Part shown: positions 52,885-64,000 of the stretch, one piece after another
How the letters are laid out: each line of letters opens with the position of its first letter
Numbering within the stretch: the first letter of the stretch is position 1
Source of the DNA: Monocercomonoides exilis PA203
Lineage: Eukaryota; Protista; Preaxostyla
Direction: 5' to 3'
Assembly (NCBI GenBank): GCA_001643675.2
Contig: LSRY02000025.1
Span: 868,001 to 932,000 of the forward strand
DNA: 64,000 bases
Notes under the pieces: model-generated
Seen by the model: the letters and a program-made list of their open reading frames with translations, nothing else
The model's database searches: none
What the model was told of the DNA's origin: nothing
Position numbers and translations under genes: made by a program

Positions 52885-54871
52885 ATGTCATTCAGCAAAG
52901 ATAATTACTATGATTCCTCTTCCAAAAAAAAGATAAAAGGATCGTTGGAAGAAGATAGGCAAAATGATTTAAGTGATATTCCAAGAAAAATGGATCCAAA
53001 TTTCCTCAAACAGATAAAAGCTGTTGAGTGGGATTTGAAGTCTTTGCCTCCCTTTCAAAGGCGATTTTTTAGAAAGCACAAAGGACTTTATGCCCTTCCT
53101 GAAGAAGAAATAGAACAATTTTTGAAAGAAAAGCAGATAAAATTTAGAGGAACAGATATCCCACGACCTTGCATGACATTTCTTCAGGCAGGATTTCCTA
53201 AATATCTCCTTGAAGCTATTGAACAACAAAAGTTTGAGAACCCAACGCCAATTCAATCTGCATGTTGGCCTTGCATTTTGGCTGGAAGAGATACAATTGG
53301 CCTTGCGCAGACTGGTTCTGGGAAAACATTGTCTTATGCCCTACCAGCGATTGTTCATATTAATGCACAGCCACAGCTATTGCCCGGAGATGGACCAATT
53401 GCACTGATTCTAGCTCCTACAAGAGAATTAGCAACTCAAATTCAAGAAGAGTTCCAAAAGTTTGGTGAAGCTTCTCACAATACGAGCATAGCGATATATG
53501 GTGGAGTTCCGAAAACCCCTCAAATACAAGAGCTACAGAGAGGGGCAGAAGTCATTATTGCAACTCCTGGTCGACTTCTTGATCTGATGGGATCGACACA
53601 TGTCTCACTAAAACGTGTGACTTACCTTGTACTCGACGAAGCTGACAGAATGCTAGACATGGGCTTTGAACCTCAGTTGCGTGCAATCATCTCACAACTT
53701 CGTCCAGACCGCCACACAGTTATGTTTTCTGCCACTTGGCCACAGGAAGTGCAGGTGTTGGGCGAATCACTGATGAGGAATCCAATACAAGTCAAAGTTG
53801 GGATGAATGACCTTGCTGCCGCTGATACAGTAACACAGACATTTGAGTTTTGTGATGAATCGCAGAAGAATGTTTGGTTTGCAAATGAATAATTCTCATT
53901 CTTCATTATGTTGAATTTTGTTGTAACTCGTTTTTTTTAAAATTTTATCAAAATATTTCGACTATTTTTATCCTCATCGAAAAGGTTCTTTCGATTTTTA
54001 AGTCGAATGAGAGAATTGCAAAACGACGAAGAGGAAGAAGAAGGATATTCTTCGAAGCAACATGACGATGAAAGAAATAAAGATTCACTCGCATCCACTT
54101 CATCAAAAGCAGATGGCTTCAAAGAAGGAAAGATATCAAACTCAAAGAAAGACAAAGAAAAAGCATTGCTCAAAGAGAAAGTGCTTGTTTTCTGCGAGAC
54201 GCGAGCAGAAGTCGACTCATTGACAAGGCAGTGTCAGATGAAAGACGAGAAAGCCGCAGCTATTCACAGCGGAAAAGATCAGCAGGAAAGACAAAGGGTG
54301 CTGGAACAATTCAAAAAAGGAGAAATTCCGGTGCTGATTGCGACAGACGTAGCATCTCGTGGGCTGGATGTTAAAGACATTGCTTATGTTGTCAACTATT
54401 CTTTTCCAAAGTATGCCAAAGTATAATTTGTATTTATTTTGCTTTCATTAATATTTGTCATTTCTTTTTGCACCAAATACTTATCTCACATCATCTTTTC
54501 TCTTTTCATTCATTATTTTCAAACCAGCGCAATTGAGGATTATGTTCATCGTATTGGACGTACAGGACGTGCTGGGCAGAAGGGAAATGCCTTTACGCTT
54601 TTCACTCCTAATGACGCTCCATTTGCTCCAGATGTCGTCCATCTTCTTACTCAGGCACATCAACCTGTCCCTGATGAATTAGCCAGATACGCACATATTG
54701 CCCGAACAACAGGAATTGCTTCTTCAAGTGTGATACTTTTCTTTCACAGATAGAGTTCATTATTTTATTAATTTTCTCGCTCGTTTCTTTTCATTTATTT
54801 CTTTATTTCAATATTAATTTTTCTCATTTCATATTCACTCAGCGAGAAGAAGATGGAAAGGAGAGTCCTAA
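52885..54871 (+). CDS. DBP2: DEAD-box RNA helicase, DBP2/DDX5 subfamily, multi-exon
   Basis: PTPIQ, AQTGSGKT, HINAQP...GDGPI, PTRELA, TPGRL, LDEADRMLDMGFEPQ, SAT, ATDVASRGLDV, EDYVHRIGRTGRAG; last exon ...RRRWKGES-stop at 54871. Confidence 0.9.
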
Positions 54872-55072
54872 ACAGTTCACTTCATTTAGCCATTTCACTC
54901 TACTCAACAACATTTCACAAATTATGATAGTTATTGCTTTTCCATTTCAGTTTGCTGACAATAGATATATTTTTTGATGATTTATTTGAAATGATCATTA
55001 CGTAAGAAGAAGACAAATAAACATTGATATGACATGCGAAATGATAGCGTATATTAACTTCTCTATAAAATT

Positions 55073-55433
55073 TTATTGCTCAAATTCTTCACCAAGCTGA
55101 AGAGCTTGATAAGTGAGTTGCAATAAATCTAGAAAACTACTCACAATTGTCCTGAGTTGCTTTGCATCACAAGCTCGAAAATGCCTATTAAAAATAGATA
55201 AATACAAATTGCAAACAACTGAAATACATACACTTTGAGATTTGAACCTTCAACAGACAGTTTCTTTGATGAACGCTCAGGGAATAAATCTCGATCAACA
55301 GATAGAGATCTCATTAAAATAACAGCATGCTCATTTGAATGCGTTGGAGCAGTTAAATCACTGGAAAAATTTTCATTTAAACATCTAAAACAAGAAATTA
55401 ATCCATTTTTTCACACCAGCAGAATTCAGTCAT
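55073..55433 (-). CDS. PCC1: KEOPS/EKC subunit Pcc1 (LAGE3-like), 85 aa; exons 55433-55417, 55360-55232, 55184-55073
   Basis: Spliced product MTEFCCDLTAPTHSNEHAVILMRSLSVDRDLFPERSSKKLSVEGSNLKVHFRACDAKQLRTIVSSFLDLLQLTYQALQLGEEFEQ has the Pcc1 pattern SL.VD.....L.V.G..L.V.F.A....LR..V.SF...L.L; both GT-AG introns are in frame. Absent from the ORF track. Confidence 0.8.
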
Positions 55434-55483
55434 TTTTGTTATGGTTGCAAATGATAAAGTAATTCATTTTTCCAATCCTACTC

Positions 55484-56669
55484 ATGTTTGGACAAATCGT
55501 AATTGGGCCTCCAGGATCTGGGAAAACGACTTACTGCCTTGCAATGGCTGAGTTGCTTCAAACTCTGCACAGAAAATGCGCAATTATAAATTTAGATCCA
55601 GCAAATGATATTTCCAGATTTGATAGGAAAAAATGGGCAGTTGATATTGGAGATCTTTCGACAGTAAATGAAATTATGAATTCTTTTGACCTCGGTCCAA
55701 ATGGAAGTATTTTTCATGAAAATTATTTACAAATTTTTTTCATAATAAATTTTCTTCTTTTACTTCTTAGGTTTATTGTATTGCCTTTCGTATTTGTATA
55801 AGAACATTGATTGGCTCGACTCTGAGTTGAAGAAGTTAGAAGGTTTTGCATTTTTTCAAATATAACTTTTTTAGATTCATAAATATTGGTATTTCATATT
55901 TCAAAAGGATATTATCTGTTATTTGATTTTCCAGGTCAGGTTGAACTTTATACTCATGACGACACCATTTCAAATATTTGTGCTCACTTGCAGACCGAAC
56001 ATCACATGCAGGTTTATTATTTCATATAAAAAAAATGGAATTTAAAAATTTCTTTTATTCTAGCTTGTTAGTGTTCATCTTGTTGATAGTTATGTTTTGT
56101 GCGACCCTGCTCGATATGTTTCGGCATTGATGCTATCCCTTTCTGGAATGCTCCTTGTATCACTTCCTCATATCAATATTGTATCAAAGGTTGATCTTCT
56201 CGCTCAATATGGCAATCCATGTATGCATTCATAATCAAAGCTAATACATTTTGGCAATCAATATGATCGTTTAATATTTTATTTATGATAGTCTTTCCTC
56301 TTTCATTCTTCACTTCAGTCGCAGATTCTGATCCTTTAGCAATTCTATTAACAGAACAGTTTCCTTTATCTTCACGTCATTCTTCTGATTCATCTTCTGA
56401 TTTTGCTCCTGATCCGACTTCTGATTCGTCTTCAACATCTTCTGCATCTCCAAGCACACTGCCTTCCTCCTCACTTCACAGAATTGATAAATATCGAGAA
56501 CTCAACCATCGAATAGCAGAGCTTGTTGGAGATTATTCGCTTGTCGGATTTCATCTGCTGAGTGTGAAAGAGCCAGACACGTTGGCTTCTATTCTTGCAG
56601 CTGCAGACAAATCAAATGGATTTATTTACGGAGGAGAAGCATCTCGGAAAACGTCTTTATGGGCAGAGA

Positions 56670-56700
<31 letters not shown>

Positions 56701-57087
56701 AGAAGAGGAAGAGGGAAGCATGAAGCAAAAACTAAGTGATGCTTGGTATCATGCAATGGATGAAAGTGACATGTTTGCATTTAATTGCATTTTCGAAGAT
56801 TTTTATAACTCTGAGACATTATTTTTATTTTTAACCCATTTTAATCATTAAATGTTGCATTTAGAGTATCAATGCTGGATGAAAAATATGTTATTCGAAG
56901 CGAAGATGAAGAAGAAATGGATCAAGCTTCAACAGAAACAAGCCCGAAGGAATCAGAGAATTCAAGCGGGGAAAGCAAAAGCAGTGCAGATGCGATTGAT
57001 GAACGGTTTATGAGAGATCAGATGATTCTTCCCGGATGGACTTCTGATGGAACCCATCCGCCAATCATAAGAGAATCAAAGAAATGA
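55484..57087 (+). CDS. GPN2: GPN-loop GTPase 2, multi-exon
   Basis: MFGQIVIGPPGSGKTTYC, NLDPAN, LGPNG, DFPGQVELYTH, LPHINIVSKVDLL, YSLVGF, DKSNGF. Confidence 0.88.
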
Positions 57088-57620
57088 CAAGGGAAAAAAT
57101 AAAGAAGAGAATTATTGTGGCATAAATAGAAGTTACTTCACTCATTTATGATTATCTTTACATATTTTGCTGTCTTCAAAAAATTTGGATGTTTTTGTTC
57201 AAAATTCATTTTTTTTTTTGTGATTTTTTTGTAATCAGAAAAGAAGATAATAGCGAACACACAATAGAAATAGCACTTAAACACACACAAAGAAACACAC
57301 AAAAAGTTGGAACTGTGATATGAAACATATAAAAATAAACCAACCATCACTAAAAAAAAAGCAAAAACCAAATAGCAATAAAAGTACAAATAGAATTTTT
57401 CTATATTTGGAAAAAAAAAATTATTCAAAGTCCAAATTTGGCGTTCAAACAAATTTCACATTCTATAAATACAATTCATTTGCATTGAATGCCAATTCTC
57501 ACATTAAAGTACACGCATACAAAACAAATATTTGAGCAATCACAATATTTTTCACATTCAACAGAAAAATATCCATAAAAATAAAACAAAAAAAAAAGCA
57601 TTTTCTCTTCTTCTAAATTC

Positions 57621-60600
57621 CTAAAATCCCCACAGTTGATAATCTTGGTCGCTATCATTTGCTGGCGTGGGTGGAAAATCAGGAAGCGGTGGCAGATCGT
57701 CTGGCGGAGTGACAGTCATCCCCACTTCTTCAACCTTCGGCTCGTCCTCATCAGCTTCTTCTGCTCCGTCGTTGCTGTTTCCATCCCCCTTGCCATCTCC
57801 ACTTGCTTTGCTCTCAGCAGATCCAGCGTCTTCTTCATTGTCTTCGAGCGGCGAGCTATTTTCGTCTGGAAACAGAGGCTGATAATCGTCAAAGTATGCA
57901 TCGTCTTCATCGTCACTTGCTCCTTTGCTTTCTCTTTCTTCTTCGTTCTCTTCTTCATTTTCTTCTTCCTCTTCGTCGTTTTCTTCCTCTTCGTCGTCAT
58001 CATCGTCATCATTATCTTCTTCTTCTTCTTCTTTCCCATTCTCTTCTTCTTTGCGCTTGCCTTTCATCACAACTTGATCGAAGTCAAACAATTCTGTTTC
58101 ATCAACAACAATAGCATCCTCTTCTTCTTGCTCACTGATATTGTCATCCTCTTCCTCTCTCTTCTTCCTCTTTGCTTCATCTTCCTCTTCTTCCTGCTGT
58201 GTGATTTCATCTCCTTCTTCTGTCATAATCTCCCTCTTTGATCCTCTGTGATCAATCAGCTCATCTTCATCCAGCTCTTCATCAACTAACATTCCTTCGC
58301 CATCTTCGTACTCTTCATCCTCTCCATCTTTTTCTCCTTCTTCAGTTCCTTCGCCTTCAATCTGTGATGTCTCTCCAAGTGGCATCTCATCTTCTCCTTC
58401 ATCTCCCAACTTCTCCGTTGCGTCTGCAGATGCTGCCATCGAAGCCAGCTCTGCCAGCAATGGGTCGCTGTTTACGCTTCCGCTGGCATTCCATTTGTCA
58501 GCCACGCTCTCAAGTGGCATCGTCACCAAGTCTTCCACATACTCCCACAGACGTTTTATGCGCCTGTCCCAAGCGTAGATCGCTTGACGGCGAAGAGACG
58601 ACTCAATTCTGATGTCCTTCAGAGCTGATCGCCAAGCTGAAGAAGAAGAAGAAGAAGAAGAAGAATAATTCTGTTGTATTTCAGAATAAAAATCGCTGTA
58701 TGAGTAATTGTGCATAAGTGTAGGAGAACACGGGTATGTGCTGAGGAAATGAGCAAACCAGCGCGCAAAGCGAGCGTCGATGTTTGATCTTCGATGTTTC
58801 ACAGAACTGTTCTTTTTGCTCTGATTTTTCTGCGAAGGTGTTGCCATGCTTGGCGAAGAAGAAAGAACTGGCGATGAAATTGCAGCAGCTGCAGGCGTAG
58901 CAGTGGCAGCATTTGGCGTTCGTGTCTGTGAAAGTTCCGAGCTTTTGGCATCTTCTTTCAATGGTGATATCTGAGTGGATGGTTGATGCACTGACTGAGC
59001 AGCCTTATCACTTGTTGCATCCAATTTCTGATTGACAAAAGAAGAAGATGAAGAAGTCGATGTTGTTGATGTTGATGTTGATGATGATGATTGCGAATGC
59101 TGTTGATTCAGAACTCGCCCAAGAGAACTCGAAATCAGCGATCCAACTGAACTTCCAAGCATGTGCACCATCAACGACATCGAAGATGTTCCTTCATCAA
59201 ATCCAATTGATGCCTCGCCAATGCTTTCCATCAAATAATCTGTGAGAGCTTGTCCTACAGCAAACGCTTTCTCTTCAACAGTCACAGTGGCCTGCAGCTT
59301 TTCTGTTGCTTTTCTTTCAATTTCCTTCTTTTGCTCGGCAGAGGTGCACCCCATCCAGTTGTCCATCATCCCGTACATAATCACCTTGTGCTGGATGGTC
59401 TCTCTGTCTGCTGCATCGTTTGCGTTGCTCAGTGCAATTGTCGGCAGAGACATCGCATACATTGCCCGCATAAACAGCACACACGGATTCTTCGGGTTGC
59501 TCCGCTCAGCCGGTGTGAGAGACAAGAGAGATTTGACAATTGACTGCTGCGGAGGTGCAATGAAGGACAAGGCACAGTAGATGTCATTCACAGAAGGATT
59601 GGATGCGTTGGTTGTTGGTGCCCTGCTAGGTGACATGGAAGAGTTTAATACTGCAGATTCTGAGGATGATGGCACCAATGAATTGGATATAAGTTGTAAG
59701 ATCTTCTTGTAGAATACATCGTCTGACTCATTTTCATCATTTTTATCTAAAGAAATTGCTCTGAATGAAGAAGGAACAGTTGAAGGTGAGCTGACAGGTG
59801 ATTGAAGAGAAGAAAGCAGAGGCATTGAAGAAGAAGAGGAAGACGATGAAGAGGTTGAAGATGACGATGAACCAGAATTATCAATGGTTTTTGAAGGAGT
59901 GAAAGAATTCGGAACTCCATTTGGTGACAATGTTGCTGTTTGAGTGAGTCTATTTTGCTGATTCTGTGACAGTCCTGTCGAGCACACCGAAGTAGCCTTT
60001 CTTGTTTGATTGCCTCCGATAGCAGCCATGTAGAATGCATTGAACGCAATTGAGGGCAGCAGAATTGGATGGACACTCACAGGCGATGAGAAGGAGTTCT
60101 TCGACAATGACACAATCAGGATCTCTGCTGGGTCTTTCATAATCCTTGGATCTTTCAGAATGAACGGCGAGTCCTGTTCAGCAACCTGCCCTGATGAGTA
60201 CCTCAAAGAAGAGTGCTCAGTTCCTGATGCAAGCACATTCGATGCAGTGGCTGGCTCTGCTGTCTGTAGCATGGTGAACGTGTCTGCCCGCGGACGTGTG
60301 TCTGCTGATGACTCAGTGTCATTGCTGGGGAAGATGGGGCTTGTCTGATAGAACGAGTCCTGAGTGAGCTTCCGGAGATGCGCCAGGCGCATATCAAAAG
60401 TGGCGTCGGGTGTGTCTAGTGAGGCGCACTTGTTGTCTTCGGAGTACGAATGGGAGATCCTGGCACCCTCTCGCAGGATCAGATGCAGCAGCTTCACAGC
60501 ATTCAACCGGACGGGGCTGGAGAGATGTGCCTCGAGAGAGCTCAACAGTTGTGATGCGAACATTGGCACAGTGATGAGCATTGGGGGAAGAGGGATGGTG

Positions 60601-63600
60601 ACATTTTCTTGTGGCCTGTTGGAGCGCGTGGTGACATTCAGCATTGGTGAAACTGTCGCCTTTTGTGAGAGCTGTGAGGCATATCGCAAGTTCTGTGTAT
60701 CGAGGCGCATTGCGAATCTGTTTGACTTCGGTGTGGATGGAGGTCCAGCATTTGCCAGTGGGTTTCCTTGGCTGGCTCCTTCTGAGAGATTGCCAGTGGT
60801 TGGGCTGGTGGAAGAGATGGAAAGCGAAGAAGATGTAGACGTGGATGAAGAAGGTGGGTTAGAAGCAGTGGTTGAGCTGATTGCCAGCGGAGAGGAAGTC
60901 ACAGAAGCGAGCAGTCCGCTGCGAGGGATCATTCTTTTCAGAAGAGGAGATGATGTTGTTGGGATGATCCTGTTCATTGGTGAGCCAGAAGGTGACGAGG
61001 CAGCCGAAGAGAACTCGCTCAGGTGGCTGCTGTATGCATATTTTCCTCTTTTTGGTTTCTGCTGGCTCTTCAGCTTGTCCTTCAGTGCTGAGTATGCTCT
61101 GATGAGAGAAAAGAAGATTGTGTATAAGCTGTCCACTTCGTTGAACTGAGTAGAGCTGTACAGCAGACGCAGCCAAGCTGATGTGACGTATGATTCAATC
61201 GGCTTTTCGCAGAGGTATTCAACAAAGATTGGCATGAGCGCATCGAGGAAAGAGGAAGACGAAGTGTAGTGGCAGCGGGCAAAGAGAGTGAGAGACAGAG
61301 AAAGCAGAGGCACTCCACGAGAGGCAGCGACAAGAGCAAGGATCTGCGCTATCTCCCTCACTTCTTCAAACAGTGCGACGGCATATGCAACTGGTGCTGC
61401 GAGTGTGATACCATCAGAAAACGGTGTGTGAGAGACAGAAATAGGAGGAGGCACAACTGAAGAGACACTTGAACGGCTGGGAGGTCGGATGCGATGTGCA
61501 ATGCGTCTGATGGTGAGCTGCTCAAGTGCGAGAGAGTTGACTGAAGGGCCTGACAGAAATGACTCAGCAGCTCTTCTGGCTTGTGTGGTACCGATGTTGT
61601 CTGTGCGACTGAGAGTGGAGGAGATTGTCGAGCGCATCATGTTAGCAGATCCTCTCTTGTGTGACACAAACGAGATGGCTGGTGTCTGAGGCTGTGCAAA
61701 CTGATTCAGCGGTGTCTTGTCGTTGCGTGTGATTGGTGCGAGTGGAGAGACAACGGCCGCAGACACTGCTGCAAAGTGGTCTATTCCCAGCACAAGAGAC
61801 GGGAGGAACAGCGCAACAAGAGCGACTGCGCTGCCAATCGGGTCAAACAGACTGTACGGATCGATGAACGGATCGCATGTGGATGGCAGAAGAGATATCT
61901 GCATCAGAAGCTTTTGGGCATATCGCTTCGTCTGTGAATGGAAAAGACCTTTTACAACAAGCGGTCGGACTCCAATGAATGGCCTCTGATGCTGCAGCGG
62001 GATGGACTGTGCCAAAGTCTCAGCAAAAAGCGGGCTGACTGAAAGAAGCGGAGCAGCACGAGAGAGATATTCAGAGAGATACAATGCGCCTGCAGAGAAG
62101 ACGGGTGCAAAGGGAGAGTGGAGAAAGGCCACGCCAATCCAAAAGCATTGTGGAGCATCCAAAAAGAAAGATGTAGGAGCATGCGATATGATGTTGACGA
62201 GATGGTTGAGGAAGGCGATGCAGAATTGGAAGCTGTTCGGAGGAAGCAGAGCAACCGAGCGGAGTAGCTGGAACGAAATGGCTGCTGCAAACAGCGGAGT
62301 GGAGAGTGGTGCAATGAAAGGCACCATTGCGAGGTTTGCAACAGCACGCTGCAGCGACGAGGCAAGCAGGCTTTCCTTCAGCGAGTGATAGGCAAAGGCA
62401 GTCTTGAGCATTTCACGCGAGGAAAAGCGATGGGAAAGAGAACATTCGAGCAGTGGGGCAAGTGCAGATGGGTTGAGAACAAGTGGAGATCCACACAAAA
62501 GCGAGTCCTTCCCGATAGTTCGCACAAAGCCATTCAGAAATCCCACTTTGCGCCTGCTGAGAGAAGCAAACGACTGTCCCGATGCGAACAGAGAGAGCAG
62601 CGAGCGAAGCACACGGATGATCGTCTGGTGCCTGTGCAGATAGGCATTCGTCCACCGCTCAGCCAGCCGCCACTTCACACGGCGCATGGCAGCTCCTCTA
62701 CTCCTTCTGAGTTTGGCTGACTTCATCATTGCTGATGGGGCATAGCCAGCATCTAAAAATTCCTTCTGCGAGAACAAGAGAGGTGATGCTACTTCAACAG
62801 AAGCTAACGATGAAGGAGAAGACGGCACATGGGGGGATGAATCAGATGGGTGCTTTTTTGGTGACTGAGGCTGGTTCAGCATATGCGATTGCTGTGCTGA
62901 AGAGCGAAGATGAGAGCCAGAGGGCAGCCGGATAGGATCGACAGATCGCACTGGAACGGGAGTGGAAAGAGACTGACCGGGCGACCCGTTCTGCTGCAGA
63001 AGCTGTTTGGACTGCAGTGGCTGGAGTGCCTGTGTTGACTGCTGCTGAGAGTTGAGTGAGCGCGAGAGGCTTTTCGAACTGCCTGTGCTCTGATTCAGTC
63101 GGGCACTGCGAGAAAGCTGTGCAGGTGTGTCGATGGAACGCCTCAGGGCAAGCTTCTCGTCGCCTGTGTGTGCCACTGGGAAGATGCTGGAAATGGCCTG
63201 CTGATATGTTCCAGCACTGGCGTGTGATGCTCCGAGGATGCCTGGCGTGACTGAAGAGTGGACACGTTTGTGTCCCTCTGCAGGTGGATGGGAAGAGAGG
63301 AACCAGGGTGTCATTGATGACTTGTAGGTAACGCTGTCTGTGTATGCAGCCTTGTTGAAGGCGCTTCTTCTATCTATTCCCTGCTGGCTGAAGAGACGCT
63401 CGTATTCGCTTCTTCCTCTCCACTTGCTCTGCTTGGTTGCAATGTGGTTGTAGTGGACGTCTCTCTCTCCACTGCACGTGGAGCAGCTGCAGATGCTGTC
63501 ACTCTGCTCGCTCTCTCCTCTTTCTCCTCTGAACTCAGCGCTGCTTCTCAAGTCGTATCCTTCTCCTCTTCCCCTTCGTGGTGACTGCCAAATTTTGCTT

Positions 63601-64000
63601 GTTCTTCTTCGTGTTGGCTGCAGAGCCGTTGGAAATAGGCGTCTCTTTCTGTATCTTTTAGACAGACGCGACATCTCCAGATACGCTCGCAGATTGCCTC
63701 TGCGCTTTGTCCATCCTCTTCTGGGCTTGCCTGCCCACTGCCAGACGTTGTTGTGTTCAGATCCGACAATTATACCATCATCAAGCAAAGAAGATAGATT
63801 TATGTTTCTCTGGCTTCTGAGAGCAGAAGCGATAGAGAAATAGAGGCGCATGATGTTCTGAGGCAGAAAGAGTGTTCTTTCCGCTGAGATGAGAAGATTG
63901 CACAGAAGACGGCATGCAGATGCTGCATTCTGCGAAAAGTTCTGTTGTGAAAACACTCCAAATCGAGTAATGATGTCAGTCTCAATGCTTGATGAAGGTG
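57621..64000 (-). CDS. C-terminal part of a very large HEAT/ARM scaffold, Furry/Mor2/TAO3-like (5' end outside window)
   Basis: Open frame of more than 2,100 aa. ISFQLLRSV, FWIGVAFL...AGALYL and FIGVRPLVVKGL recall the MOR2-PAG1 C-terminal domain (RSFQ..R.L, FW..VA.L, F.G(L/V)QPLVLKGL); acidic tail. Confidence 0.55.
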   Translation of the reverse strand, partial: PSSSIETDIITRFGVFSQQNFSQNAASACRLLCNLLISAERTLFLPQNIMRLYFSIASALRSQRNINLSSLLDDGIIVGSEHNNVWQWAGKPRRGWTKRRGNLRAYLEMSRLSKRYRKRRLFPTALQPTRRRTSKIWQSPRRGRGEGYDLRSSAEFRGERGESEQSDSICSCSTCSGERDVHYNHIATKQSKWRGRSEYERLFSQQGIDRRSAFNKAAYTDSVTYKSSMTPWFLSSHPPAEGHKRVHSSVTPGILGASHASAGTYQQAISSIFPVAHTGDEKLALRRSIDTPAQLSRSARLNQSTGSSKSLSRSLNSQQQSTQALQPLQSKQLLQQNGSPGQSLSTPVPVRSVDPIRLPSGSHLRSSAQQSHMLNQPQSPKKHPSDSSPHVPSSPSSLASVEVASPLLFSQKEFLDAGYAPSAMMKSAKLRRSRGAAMRRVKWRLAERWTNAYLHRHQTIIRVLRSLLSLFASGQSFASLSRRKVGFLNGFVRTIGKDSLLCGSPLVLNPSALAPLLECSLSHRFSSREMLKTAFAYHSLKESLLASSLQRAVANLAMVPFIAPLSTPLFAAAISFQLLRSVALLPPNSFQFCIAFLNHLVNIISHAPTSFFLDAPQCFWIGVAFLHSPFAPVFSAGALYLSEYLSRAAPLLSVSPLFAETLAQSIPLQHQRPFIGVRPLVVKGLFHSQTKRYAQKLLMQISLLPSTCDPFIDPYSLFDPIGSAVALVALFLPSLVLGIDHFAAVSAAVVSPLAPITRNDKTPLNQFAQPQTPAISFVSHKRGSANMMRSTISSTLSRTDNIGTTQARRAAESFLSGPSVNSLALEQLTIRRIAHRIRPPSRSSVSSVVPPPISVSHTPFSDGITLAAPVAYAVALFEEVREIAQILALVAASRGVPLLSLSLTLFARCHYTSSSSFLDALMPIFVEYLCEKPIESYVTSAWLRLLYSSTQFNEVDSLYTIFFSLIRAYSALKDKLKSQQKPKRGKYAYSSHLSEFSSAASSPSGSPMNRIIPTTSSPLLKRMIPRSGLLASVTSSPLAISSTTASNPPSSSTSTSSSLSISSTSPTTGNLSEGASQGNPLANAGPPSTPKSNRFAMRLDTQNLRYASQLSQKATVSPMLNVTTRSNRPQENVTIPLPPMLITVPMFASQLLSSLEAHLSSPVRLNAVKLLHLILREGARISHSYSEDNKCASLDTPDATFDMRLAHLRKLTQDSFYQTSPIFPSNDTESSADTRPRADTFTMLQTAEPATASNVLASGTEHSSLRYSSGQVAEQDSPFILKDPRIMKDPAEILIVSLSKNSFSSPVSVHPILLPSIAFNAFYMAAIGGNQTRKATSVCSTGLSQNQQNRLTQTATLSPNGVPNSFTPSKTIDNSGSSSSSTSSSSSSSSSMPLLSSLQSPVSSPSTVPSSFRAISLDKNDENESDDVFYKKILQLISNSLVPSSSESAVLNSSMSPSRAPTTNASNPSVNDIYCALSFIAPPQQSIVKSLLSLTPAERSNPKNPCVLFMRAMYAMSLPTIALSNANDAADRETIQHKVIMYGMMDNWMGCTSAEQKKEIERKATEKLQATVTVEEKAFAVGQALTDYLMESIGEASIGFDEGTSSMSLMVHMLGSSVGSLISSSLGRVLNQQHSQSSSSTSTSTTSTSSSSSFVNQKLDATSDKAAQSVHQPSTQISPLKEDAKSSELSQTRTPNAATATPAAAAISSPVLSSSPSMATPSQKNQSKKNSSVKHRRSNIDARFARWFAHFLSTYPCSPTLMHNYSYSDFYSEIQQNYSSSSSSSSSAWRSALKDIRIESSLRRQAIYAWDRRIKRLWEYVEDLVTMPLESVADKWNASGSVNSDPLLAELASMAASADATEKLGDEGEDEMPLGETSQIEGEGTEEGEKDGEDEEYEDGEGMLVDEELDEDELIDHRGSKREIMTEEGDEITQQEEEEDEAKRKKREEEDDNISEQEEEDAIVVDETELFDFDQVVMKGKRKEEENGKEEEEEDNDDDDDDEEEENDEEEEENEEENEEERESKGASDDEDDAYFDDYQPLFPDENSSPLEDNEEDAGSAESKASGDGKGDGNSNDGAEEADEDEPKVEEVGMTVTPPDDLPPLPDFPPTPANDSDQDYQLWGF

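Noticed and set aside
61900-62200. Neurofibromin identity for the last ORF
   Set aside because: FW..VA.L...SAG resembles NF1, but FIGVRPLVVKGL and SFQLLR fit Furry/TAO3 better, and no RasGAP domain is visible in the window.

Overview
Eukaryotic, intron-rich, AT-rich genomic DNA using the standard code (TAA/TAG are stops). The poly-Ser inserts, short GT-AG introns, GGA(I/L)-repeat receptor pseudokinase and 'QKEVEMAL...KMEEEG' paralog family point to an oxymonad of the Monocercomonoides type (inference). Both ends hold compact housekeeping genes: PRP6, PIG-V and HBS1 on the left; a BORCS8-like coiled-coil gene, DBP2/DDX5, PCC1, GPN2 and a Furry/TAO3-like gene on the right. The middle (about 15-50 kb) is accessory: lineage-family genes, a giant receptor pseudokinase, decayed coding DNA and fold-back palindromes. 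The standout is an 8.7-kb element (34037-42772) bounded by apparently identical 1,382-bp inverted repeats. It holds one intact 3-exon gene (about 1,317 aa) encoding a Sola-like DDD transposase. A catalytically complete USP (C19) deubiquitinase domain is inserted into the transposase between two poly-Ser microsatellite linkers. A compact, strongly base-paired segment of about 135 nt follows the stop codon. All family assignments come from recalled motifs, not database searches.
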